Part shown: one piece after another, positions 55,081 to 64,000 of the stretch | Numbering within the stretch: the stretch's first letter is position 1 | How the letters are laid out: every line of letters begins with the position of its first letter | Assembly (NCBI GenBank): GCA_963588685.1 | Contig: CAVAID010000001.1 | Coordinates: 10,304-74,303, forward strand | Reading direction: 5' to 3' | Length of the DNA stretch: 64,000 nucleotides | DNA from: a bacterium | GTDB taxonomy: Bacteria; Bacteroidota; Bacteroidia; Bacteroidales; UBA932 | Position numbers and translations under genes: made by a program | Notes under the pieces: model-generated | What the model was told of the DNA's origin: nothing | The model's input: the letters and a program-made list of their open reading frames with translations, nothing else | Database searches by the model: none

Positions 55081-55378
55081 TGTTAGTTCCTGAAATTTTA
55101 AGTGAGAGTATGTCTATAACGTCTCCTTGGAGCAGAAATACCATCTTGATATTATCAGATCCGTCAAGCGGGATGTGGTAAATTCCCGAACTCTCTTCTT
55201 TGATTGTAATTGATTTGAAGTGTGTAAGGTCTTCAAACCCATTTATGTCTTGTAAAATGTTATATATGTATATAAGTTTGTTTCTGACTGCCGTTTTCCT
55301 CTGGATACAACTGTAAGTTCTGCTTTTTCCAGTCTCAAGCAGAAGTTTTACTTCTATGTCGGAAAAATTAATCTCCAT
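55073..55378 (-). CDS. HigB/RelE-like toxin, apparently degenerate
   Basis: 101 aa upstream of and overlapping higA; MEINF...LLETGK N-terminus. Confidence 0.55.
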   Translation of the reverse strand: MEINFSDIEVKLLLETGKSRTYSCIQRKTAVRNKLIYIYNILQDINGFEDLTHFKSITIKEESSGIYHIPLDGSDNIKMVFLLQGDVIDILSLKISGTNNE

Positions 55379-55382
55379 ACAG

Positions 55383-55424
55383 CAAAAGTACTATTATTTT
55401 TCTAATTCCCAAAAAATGGGAATT
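55383..55424 (-). promoter_or_regulatory. higBA promoter and palindromic operator
   Basis: TACTTTTG on minus strand (55383-55390); AATTCCCA-AAAAA-TGGGAATT at 55404-55424. Confidence 0.6.
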
Positions 55425-55488
55425 TATTTTGATGATTTTAGCGCATTTTTGTAATTGAAGTTAGAAGGGGAGACGCTTCATATAGTCA

Positions 55489-55516
55489 ACTTAACATAAT
55501 ATAAATTGTGTAACTA
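55489..55516 (-). other. dif: XerCD dif-type recombination site
   Basis: Minus strand TAGTTACACAA-TTTATA-TTATGTTAAGT (11-6-11); XerD arm differs by 1 nt from E. coli TTATGTTAAAT. Confidence 0.8.
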
Positions 55517-55544
55517 AAGCGTCAGCGCAAAAGCAGTCAAATTG

Positions 55545-55838
55545 CTACAAATGCCTCGGGAAGTCCATCTTCTCGTGCAGAATGCGTACTATGCGGACTT
55601 TGTTTTGCGAAATCACTCTGTAGAATATGACGTGTTTGCCGCAGGTATAACCTCTCAATCCGGGACGCCACTGACTGTATGAACGGCCGGCCAACGCATG
55701 ACGAGGCAGTTCGCGGCATTCAGCTATAAGCATTCTTATATATCGCTCCGCCTGTTGTCCGGACCATTTCTCCGCCGTATAATCGCCAATTTCTCTAAGG
55801 TCTTGGCGGGCGCGCTCGGATAATACGAAATCAGCCAT
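55545..55838 (-). CDS. parE: ParE/RelE-family toxin
   Basis: LSERARQDLREI.DYT..W...QA..Y, HVIFYR, IVRILHEKMD. Confidence 0.88.
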   Translation of the reverse strand: MADFVLSERARQDLREIGDYTAEKWSGQQAERYIRMLIAECRELPRHALAGRSYSQWRPGLRGYTCGKHVIFYRVISQNKVRIVRILHEKMDFPRHL

Positions 55839-56085
55839 TCTTCTTCCTCCAGCCCTCTTTCATCCCACTGATGAAACTTTCTTCATCAAAATCCTCCACA
55901 TCCGGGCTGGCATCCCCTTCGTCAATCGCTGCGCAGAATGCGTTCAGTTTCGCTTCGTCTTCTTCCAGATGACGAAGTGCCGCGCGTACCATCTCGCTCA
56001 CATTGTTGTATTTGCCGCTCTCGATGCCGTTTTTTACAAAGGCATCGTAGTGGGCGCCTAATGTTACTGTAACCGTTCGGGCCAT
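55831..56085 (-). CDS. parD: ParD-family (RHH) antitoxin
   Basis: SGKYNNVSEMVRAALR.LE, AIDEG..S; overlaps parE. Confidence 0.88.
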   Translation of the reverse strand: MARTVTVTLGAHYDAFVKNGIESGKYNNVSEMVRAALRHLEEDEAKLNAFCAAIDEGDASPDVEDFDEESFISGMKEGWRKKNG

Positions 56086-56102
56086 TTTGTTATATCTTTA
56101 CC

Positions 56103-56132
56103 GCAAATGTAAGAATAAGTCTTACAATTTGC
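56103..56132. promoter_or_regulatory. Imperfect inverted repeat over the parDE promoter
   Basis: GCAAATGTAAGA-ATAAG-TCTTACAATTTGC; TACATTTG on minus strand at 56104-56111. Confidence 0.5.
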
Positions 56133-56187
56133 AAGTCCTATGTCGCTGAAAAATGGTAAATTTGCAGGATTTAAATCGAGCGGAATT

Positions 56188-56742
56188 ATGAGCAATTACG
56201 GAAAAATGCTTGCCGGAGAGGTTTACGATGCCAATGCTCCGGAGCTGGTGGCGGCGAGGGACAGAATAGCTGACCTGTGCTGGGAGTACAACAATATACG
56301 GCCTACCGCACTCGAAGAGAGAGCTTCCAAACTGCGCGAAATCCTCGGAGCCTGCGGTCCGGAAAGCGTTGTCGTACAGCCTTTTCACTGCGATTACGGA
56401 CAGCAGATCAGGCTAGGAAAGAACTTTTTTTCGAACTTCGGCCTGACCGTTCTCGACGAGGCCGAGGTGACTTTCGGCGACAACTGCTTCATCGGCCCGA
56501 ATGTCAGCATCTACACCGCCTGTCACAGCACCGACCCCGCTGAGCGCAACAGCGGCCGCGAATGGGCGCGCCCGGTGCATATCGGAAATGATTGCTGGAT
56601 AGGCGGAAGCGTGACCATACTGCCGGGCGTCAGCATAGGCGACGGCAGCACGATAGGCGCAGGCAGCGTCGTCACGAAGGACATCCCTCCCCTCTCCGTT
56701 GCCGTCGGCAACCCCGCCAGAGTGGTAAAGACGCTGGGTTAG
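56188..56742 (+). CDS. Sugar (maltose/galactoside) O-acetyltransferase
   Basis: KMLAGEVY, PFHCDYG, hexapeptide repeats, VGNPARV. Confidence 0.9.
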   Translation: MSNYGKMLAGEVYDANAPELVAARDRIADLCWEYNNIRPTALEERASKLREILGACGPESVVVQPFHCDYGQQIRLGKNFFSNFGLTVLDEAEVTFGDNCFIGPNVSIYTACHSTDPAERNSGREWARPVHIGNDCWIGGSVTILPGVSIGDGSTIGAGSVVTKDIPPLSVAVGNPARVVKTLG

Positions 56743-56837
56743 TATTGCAATTCCGGATTCTTTTGCATACATTTGCAATGCAACAGATACCGAGACCATA
56801 TTTTTCCTGAGAAAGTAACACACATTAATTAATTTAA

Positions 56838-57980
<1,143 letters not shown>

Positions 57981-57987
57981 GATTGAT

Positions 57988-58018
57988 AAACGGTCGGCTT
58001 TCAAGCCGGCCGTTTTTT
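57988..58018 (+). terminator. Intrinsic terminator
   Basis: AAACGGTCGGCTT-TC-AAGCCGGCCGTTTTTT. Confidence 0.85.
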
Positions 58019-58079
58019 ACATGGCAGCGCGCTTGCCGATATAGAAATATCCGAAAACTATGACTAACTTTGCCCTGAT

Positions 58080-59501
58080 ATGGCGAAAAGAAACAGAGAA
58101 GAGCAGATTCTCGAGAATCTGAAGATAGAAAGCATTGCCGCAGAGGGCAAGTGCATAGCGCATGTGGACGGGATGGTGGTGTTCGTGGAGTATGCCGTGC
58201 CCGGCGATGTGGTCAATGCGCGCGTGATGCGCAAGAAGAAGAATTTTGCGGAGGCCCGCATAATAGAGATAGTAAAGCCTTCCGAATACAGGCAGAAGCC
58301 GTTTTGCGGGCATTTCGGAATATGCGGAGGCTGCCGCTGGCAGCTGATTCCCTATCAGATGCAGCTCGATTCGAAGCGCCAGCAGGTTGCCGACCAGTTC
58401 AAGCACATAGGGCACCTGAGCTTCCCGGAGGTCTCCCCCACCATCGGCTCCGACAAGACCGAATTTTACCGCAACAAGCTGGAATTCACCGCCTCCGACA
58501 AGAGGTGGATACTCCCTGACGAAGACCCTGAAGGGCTGCCTGAGGACAGCCGGCAGGGACTGGGCTTCCATGTGGGCAAGTTCTTCGACAAGGTGCTGGA
58601 CATCCGCAAGTGCTACCTGCAGCCCGAGCCGTCCAACGCTATCCGTCTCTATATCAAGCAGTACGCCATAGAGCACGGCATTCCGTTCTACAATATAAGG
58701 GAGAATACCGGCATCTTCCGCAACATGTTCGTCCGCACCACGGACGACGGGCAGGTGATGCTGATAGTATGCTTCGCCGCGGATTTCGAGGGACGCGAGG
58801 CGATGCTCGACGCGATTGCCGAGGAGTTCCCTCAGATTACTTCGCTCTACTACATCATCAACAGCAAACTCAACGACAGCATAGGCGACCAGGAGTGCAT
58901 ACTCTACCGCGGCGACGAAGCCATCTACGAGACGATGGAAGGCCTGCGCTTCCGCATCGGGCCAAAGTCATTCTACCAGACCAACAACGGCCAGGCCCTG
59001 AAGCTCTACAGCGTGGCGCGCGAGTTTGCGGCGCTCAGCGGCAGCGAGGTCGTCTATGACCTTTACACCGGCACTGGCACCATCGCCCAGTTTGTCAGCC
59101 GCCGCGCCTCCAAGGTAATAGGCATCGAATATGTGCCCGAGGCGATCGAGGACGCCAAGATCAACGCCCGCGGCAACGGTATCGACAACTGCGAGTTCTT
59201 CGCCGGCGACATGAAGGACATCCTCACGGACGAATTCATCGCCGAACACGGGCATCCGGATGTGATAATCGCCGATCCGCCGCGTGCCGGGATGCACCCG
59301 GACGTGATTGCAACCATTCTCAATGCCGCCCCGGAGCGCATTGTCTATGTCAGCTGCAACCCTGCCTCCCAAGCCAGGGATCTCGAGGCGCTGTGCGCGA
59401 AATATGAAATCACGGCAGTGCAGCCGGTGGACATGTTCCCTCACACCACCCATGTGGAGAATGTCTGCCGCCTCGTGCTCAAAACCCCTACGAACGCGTA
59501 A
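58080..59501 (+). CDS. rlmD: 23S rRNA (uracil1939-C5)-methyltransferase
   Basis: TRAM domain, C.HFGICGGC, SFYQTN, DPPRAG, YVSCNP, DMFPHT.HVE. Confidence 0.93.
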   Translation: MAKRNREEQILENLKIESIAAEGKCIAHVDGMVVFVEYAVPGDVVNARVMRKKKNFAEARIIEIVKPSEYRQKPFCGHFGICGGCRWQLIPYQMQLDSKRQQVADQFKHIGHLSFPEVSPTIGSDKTEFYRNKLEFTASDKRWILPDEDPEGLPEDSRQGLGFHVGKFFDKVLDIRKCYLQPEPSNAIRLYIKQYAIEHGIPFYNIRENTGIFRNMFVRTTDDGQVMLIVCFAADFEGREAMLDAIAEEFPQITSLYYIINSKLNDSIGDQECILYRGDEAIYETMEGLRFRIGPKSFYQTNNGQALKLYSVAREFAALSGSEVVYDLYTGTGTIAQFVSRRASKVIGIEYVPEAIEDAKINARGNGIDNCEFFAGDMKDILTDEFIAEHGHPDVIIADPPRAGMHPDVIATILNAAPERIVYVSCNPASQARDLEALCAKYEITAVQPVDMFPHTTHVENVCRLVLKTPTNA

Positions 59502-59513
59502 ATCATACATTTT

Positions 59514-60446
59514 ATGGCAATTGATATTCTTCTCGTATTGGTAGGTCTGGCTCTGGTGGTATTCGGCGCGGACTGGCTGGTGGACGGCGCTTCCGCAGTG
59601 GCGCGCAAGGCCGGCATCAGCGAATTCGTAATCGGACTTACCATAGTCGGATTCGGAACCAGCTGCCCTGAACTCGTGGTCAGCCTTACCGGCGCCATCC
59701 AGGGCAACGCCGACATTTCCATAGGCAATGTGGTCGGCTCCAACATCTTCAATACCCTGCTCATACTCGGCCTCACGGCGGCTCTCATACCGGTTGCGGT
59801 GTCGAAGGAGAACACGAAGAGGGACATCCCGATCACTCTGCTGGTGACCCTCATATTCATCGGAGCAGCTCTTACAAATGGTGGTATCAGCAGAATAGAA
59901 GGTATTGTATTTCTGCTGATATTTGCCGCTTACCTCTACTACTGCTTCAAGTTTGACTCCGGCAATGACGGCGGTGAAGAGGAACACAAGGCAATGAATG
60001 TCTGGGTTGCAGTCCTGCTTATCGCTGCCGGTCTTGCCGGACTAATATTCGGCGGCCAGCTCTTTGTCAACCACGCCACCTCCATCGCCCACTCCATCGG
60101 AGTCTCCGACAAGGTGATAGCGCTCACCCTGCTCGCAGGCGGCACTTCCCTGCCGGAACTTGCGACCAGCATCGTTGCCGCGACCAAGCACAAGGCCCAG
60201 CTCGCCCTCGGCAATATCCTGGGTTCCAATGTGTTCAATATACTTCTCATTCTTGGCTGCTCCTCCATCATCACCCCGCTCTCAACGGCTTCGATGACTG
60301 CCTTCGACTACGGCGTGCTCGCGCTAAGTGCCGCGATGCTGCTGCTTTGGTCCTTAGTGGGCGGGAAGAACAAGATTGACCGCTGGGAAGGCATCGTGAT
60401 GCTGCTGACCTACGCCGCCTATATGGTGGTCCTTTTCCTTAACTAA
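59514..60446 (+). CDS. Calcium/sodium antiporter (YrbG family)
   Basis: Two alpha repeats: GTSCPEL..GNVVGSN and GTSLPEL..GNILGSN. Confidence 0.93.
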   Translation: MAIDILLVLVGLALVVFGADWLVDGASAVARKAGISEFVIGLTIVGFGTSCPELVVSLTGAIQGNADISIGNVVGSNIFNTLLILGLTAALIPVAVSKENTKRDIPITLLVTLIFIGAALTNGGISRIEGIVFLLIFAAYLYYCFKFDSGNDGGEEEHKAMNVWVAVLLIAAGLAGLIFGGQLFVNHATSIAHSIGVSDKVIALTLLAGGTSLPELATSIVAATKHKAQLALGNILGSNVFNILLILGCSSIITPLSTASMTAFDYGVLALSAAMLLLWSLVGGKNKIDRWEGIVMLLTYAAYMVVLFLN

Positions 60447-61283
60447 ATGAGCAGAAGACTCTTCCTCTTCGCCGCCTACACCCCCTCCGGCTCTGTCGGG
60501 GACGCGCTCCTTTATTATCTGCGCGCCCTTGCCGCCCTTGGGGATGTGGTATTCTGTGACGATGCCCCGCTTGGTCCGGGCGAGGAAGAGCGCCTGAAAC
60601 CCTTTGTCCTGCACTGCGAAGCGCTGAAACACGGGGAATACGACTTCGGCTCCTACAAGCGGGATTTCGTCTGGGCCTCGGCCAATCTGAAGCTGGAATG
60701 GTACGACTTCGTCTATCTGGTCAACGACTCGGTATTCGGCCCCCTCTCCGACCTCAAACCTCTGCTGGAGGGGCTGGAAGCAGGCCCCCACGGCGCATTC
60801 GGGCTTGTCTATAAGCCCGGAAGACACGGCTCCCATATCCAGTCATGGTTCGTGGGGCTGGGTCGGGAAGTATTCCTTAGCGCTTATTTCAGGGAATTTA
60901 TCCTCGGCGTCGGCGCTGCCGGCGACAAGGGCGCCGTCTGTGAACTATACGAGACCGGCTTGAGCAGGCTGCTCGTCTCGCACGGGGTTGAACTGGGCTA
61001 TGCATTCACGGCCCCTCACAAGACCATATACAACAATCCCCGCCGCCTGGTGCGCAGTGGCCTGCCATTCATCAAGAAATCGGCCTTCACGAGGCACAAC
61101 GGCTGCCTTGGCAGGGAGATAGCACGAATCCTCCGCGACTGTCCTTTCGAAGCCTCTGAGGCCATACTCTCGGAAGCTGCGGCGCTTTGGGGCGAGGACT
61201 TCACCCATAGGCTCACGACAATGTCCTGGCTCCAGTCCAAGAGCCTCTATCTCAAGTATTTGCTCGGCAAGCTCAGAAGCTGA
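60447..61283 (+). CDS. Rhamnan synthesis F (RgpF)-like protein
   Basis: LFLFAAY, YDFGSYKR, LVNDSVFGP, HIQSWF, YETGLS, PFIKK. Confidence 0.7.
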   Translation: MSRRLFLFAAYTPSGSVGDALLYYLRALAALGDVVFCDDAPLGPGEEERLKPFVLHCEALKHGEYDFGSYKRDFVWASANLKLEWYDFVYLVNDSVFGPLSDLKPLLEGLEAGPHGAFGLVYKPGRHGSHIQSWFVGLGREVFLSAYFREFILGVGAAGDKGAVCELYETGLSRLLVSHGVELGYAFTAPHKTIYNNPRRLVRSGLPFIKKSAFTRHNGCLGREIARILRDCPFEASEAILSEAAALWGEDFTHRLTTMSWLQSKSLYLKYLLGKLRS

Positions 61284-61899
61284 GAGCAATTGAGAAATTG
61301 AGGGAATAATATTCAGCCACATTGCTGCGGATATTCTCCGGCAGCACATAACCCTCCCCTTCCGGATTGTCTATGGCCGGCCGGTCATAAACCGCGCGGA
61401 TGCTGACCATCAGGTCGAGGCTGCTGTAGGGCATCAGGCAGATGCGGTAACCCAGACCCAAGTCCCCCATTACCACCGCTGTCCAGTCATATTCGGCGGG
61501 CTTTGTCCTGAATCCGGGACCCGCGTCGAGGAAGGTAAAGATACCCTCGCTATATTGCCCCTTAGGGGCGAAACTTATCCGCAGCAGCGCCGGATAGACT
61601 CTCGTGCCCTCTGAAATCCCTGCGTAGCCCAAATGCACGGAACCGCGGAATTGTTCGCTGAAATCGTATCCGACTCCCGCCATGATGGTGCCGCCGGAGA
61701 GCGCGCTGAAACCGGAGAAATTCTCGTTGATGCGCGAGCCCTCCTGACTTATTATGTTGATATGGCGGAACTTGTAGAAATTCTGGCAATAGCCCCATTC
61801 CAGGCCGAAACTGACTCTGCCCCGGAATGTCTCCTGCCCCCCGCAGACCAGTGCGGGCAGCAGCAGAGAGATGAGCGTGATGACAATTGACTTCTTCAT
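61273..61899 (-). CDS. Hypothetical outer-membrane beta-barrel protein
   Basis: Signal peptide, amphipathic strands, C-terminal Phe. Confidence 0.55.
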   Translation of the reverse strand: MKKSIVITLISLLLPALVCGGQETFRGRVSFGLEWGYCQNFYKFRHINIISQEGSRINENFSGFSALSGGTIMAGVGYDFSEQFRGSVHLGYAGISEGTRVYPALLRISFAPKGQYSEGIFTFLDAGPGFRTKPAEYDWTAVVMGDLGLGYRICLMPYSSLDLMVSIRAVYDRPAIDNPEGEGYVLPENIRSNVAEYYSLNFSIALSF

Positions 61900-61903
61900 A
61901 GGC

Positions 61904-62479
61904 TCAGAAACGGTAATATATGCACAGCTGCGGGCAAAGGCTGTAGTAGATTCCGCGCTTGTAGAGCGACAGGAGCACCGCTCCGTCGCCGCTGTCGCGC
62001 CTTATGTGCATGCCAGGGTCGATGCGGAAGACGATGTCGATGCTGATGCGGTGGCTGTAGAAGTCGGTAAGAAGTCCGATATTCCCGGACAGCGCAGCCA
62101 CAAAGCCCATATTCTTGTCTGTACTGCCCTCCGAGGTGAAATAGTGGCGCTCGTAGTCGTGGACATAGCCAGTGAGGAAGCCCGGCCCGCCGTGGAGGGT
62201 GACCGAGCAGAACTCGTAGTCTTCCGAGATTATAACATAATCCCTCGAATAGCTCAGGACCGCCCCGACATCCCTCGTCCTGCCGGAAAATACCCCGAAC
62301 ATGTCGGCGTACAAGTTGATGACATTGAAGCAGTTGTCGGACGATGAGCCGAACAGCAGCGACGCTCCCAGACCCTTGGGGGATTGGAAGCTGCCGAGGT
62401 AGCGCTCCCCCGCCGACGCGCTGCTGCAGAAGGCGAGCGTCGCGGCGAGCAGAAGGGATATGTGTCTGAGGCCTCTCAT
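61904..62479 (-). CDS. Hypothetical outer-membrane beta-barrel protein
   Basis: Signal peptide; C-terminal IYYRF (BAM-type motif). Confidence 0.55.
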   Translation of the reverse strand: MRGLRHISLLLAATLAFCSSASAGERYLGSFQSPKGLGASLLFGSSSDNCFNVINLYADMFGVFSGRTRDVGAVLSYSRDYVIISEDYEFCSVTLHGGPGFLTGYVHDYERHYFTSEGSTDKNMGFVAALSGNIGLLTDFYSHRISIDIVFRIDPGMHIRRDSGDGAVLLSLYKRGIYYSLCPQLCIYYRF

Positions 62480-62553
62480 CGTGAGGGCTAAGTTAGGCAA
62501 TTATTTGCTTATTTATCCTCTATGAGGTATCTTTGTTAGAAATCACTTGCAAA

Positions 62554-63453
62554 ATGAACTACAGGCTGGAACTGGAAATAGCGCTCTTCGGGCATCTGCT
62601 CAATCCCCTTTGGAAATCCCGTATTGAGCGCAGGCGTAGGCGTGGCGAAGTGACAGCCAGAGCCGTCAGCAGGCATCTTGACGCCTACACGGATTTCATC
62701 AGGGACTTGAAACCCGAGACGCAGCAATCCTCTGCCGGGCCGGAGCGGATATTCAGCATCTGGCTTCAGGGCGAGCAGGCCGCGCCGGAGCTCGTCAAGG
62801 CCTGTTGGCGCAGCGTCAGGGCCCACTGCCCTCAGGAACTGGTGGTTCTCGACTCTGAGAGCATCTTCCAATGGATTGACCTTCCGGAACATATAGTCCG
62901 CAAATGGCGCGAGGGCAAGATGCGCCCGGCGCACTTCTCCGACATCTGCCGCCTTGCGCTCCTTTCCCGCTACGGAGGTCTCTGGCTCGACGCCACCGAC
63001 TACATTCCCTCTCCCCTGCCGGAGTGGCTGTGGCAGAGCGACTTCTTCGTATATATGAGCGGCAGCGAGCAGACCGGCGGATGGTATGCGTTCATCCAGA
63101 ACTGCTTCATCCGTGCCAAGGCCGGCAATTTCCTTGCAAGTGCCTGGTTCAGACTTATATGCGAATACTGGAGGCGCGAAGACAAGCAGGTGGATTACCT
63201 TATCCATCAGCTGCTCTTCAAAAAACTTGTGGAGAATAATGCCCTCGCCTCAGAGCTCTTCAGCGCAATGCCCAAAATCAGTCAGGAGCCTACTCACGAA
63301 CTCTGGTTCGGCTCAGGCGACCGGGAATACCGCAAGGAAGAGTGGGATGCGATATGCGCAGGAGCGATGTTCCAGAAGACCGAATACAAGTCCTCCAGAG
63401 CCCTCTCGCCTATTCCGGGAAGCAATGCTTATCACTTGATACACAACGAATAA
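62554..63453 (+). CDS. Capsular polysaccharide synthesis protein (DXD glycosyltransferase)
   Basis: WLQGE..APELVKAC, HFSDICRL.LL..YGGLWLDAT. Confidence 0.85.
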   Translation: MNYRLELEIALFGHLLNPLWKSRIERRRRRGEVTARAVSRHLDAYTDFIRDLKPETQQSSAGPERIFSIWLQGEQAAPELVKACWRSVRAHCPQELVVLDSESIFQWIDLPEHIVRKWREGKMRPAHFSDICRLALLSRYGGLWLDATDYIPSPLPEWLWQSDFFVYMSGSEQTGGWYAFIQNCFIRAKAGNFLASAWFRLICEYWRREDKQVDYLIHQLLFKKLVENNALASELFSAMPKISQEPTHELWFGSGDREYRKEEWDAICAGAMFQKTEYKSSRALSPIPGSNAYHLIHNE

Positions 63454-63465
63454 CACAATATTCCA

Positions 63466-64000
63466 ATGCCTACGATATCAGTAATTGTGCCAGTATATAA
63501 GGTCGAAAAATATCTTCGCCGCTGCCTTGACTGCCTCGCCGGTCAGACCTTCCCCGACTGGGAGGCCGTATGCGTCAATGACGGCAGTCCCGACGGCAGC
63601 CGGGCGATAATAGAAGAATATGCCTCGCACGACTCCCGCTTCCGCCTTCTGGACAAGGAGAACGGAGGCCTGTCCGATGCCCGCAATGCCGGGCTCGCAG
63701 CCGCCAGAGGGGAGTTCGTCGTCTATCTCGACTCGGACGATTTCATTCATCCTCAGACACTTGAACTCGCCCTTGGTCTCGCCCGCCGGCACGGCACCGA
63801 CATAGTCTCCTGGTACAAGGACCCCAATTACCGCAACCTGACCATACTCCGCCACAAGCTGGGGCTCGACACCATAGACTACCGGCCGCGCGGCTTCAGA
63901 CGGCGCTACAGTCTGGACAAGGTGAAATGCTGCGTCACTGACGACATCTTCTCCCATGTCACCGAACGCTCCCATCCCAAGGGCATGGACTGGCCGCTCA
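63466..64000 (+). CDS. GT2 glycosyltransferase (partial, runs off the window)
   Basis: Own translation: MPTISVIVPVYKVEKYLRRCL..VNDGSPD..NGGLSDARNAGL..YLDSDD. Confidence 0.92.
   Translation, partial: MPTISVIVPVYKVEKYLRRCLDCLAGQTFPDWEAVCVNDGSPDGSRAIIEEYASHDSRFRLLDKENGGLSDARNAGLAAARGEFVVYLDSDDFIHPQTLELALGLARRHGTDIVSWYKDPNYRNLTILRHKLGLDTIDYRPRGFRRRYSLDKVKCCVTDDIFSHVTERSHPKGMDWPL

Noticed and set aside
52294..56085. Prophage
   Set aside because: No integrase, terminase, structural or replication genes; at most a remnant or cargo islet.

Overview
Chromosomal window from a GC-rich Bacteroidota (Bacteroidales-type) bacterium. This is inferred from TAnnTTTG (-7) promoter elements, A-rich leaders, lipoprotein CAZymes and DUF349/DUF3467-type genes. 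Positions 1-9 kb hold a CAZyme/peptidase cluster: a six-hairpin GH, DUF4861, GH97, CE7, an SGNH-CE4 fusion and an M64 peptidase. Positions 9-52 kb are mostly core genes (pyrG, trmD, yidC, lpxB, surE, gap, rlmI, ispG, relA/spoT, ligA, pfk, valS, tatAC, queA). An AT-rich islet at 52.3-56.1 kb contains an Xer dif-type site (55489-55516). On its left are a DUF4417 / MGGxG-leader His-rich putative toxin / putative immunity cassette and HigBA; on its right is ParDE. The window ends in surface-polysaccharide genes. Main leads: (1) two unannotated sRNA genes with their own promoters and terminators, 25 kb apart (11.7 kb minus, 36.7 kb plus), whose single-stranded cores are mutually complementary; (2) the dif-adjacent DUF4417-toxin-immunity module; (3) a 131-bp TTAA-flanked MITE; (4) apparent pseudoenzymes (PyrD-like, racemase-like, HigB-like). 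All family calls come from motif recognition by eye; no searches were run.
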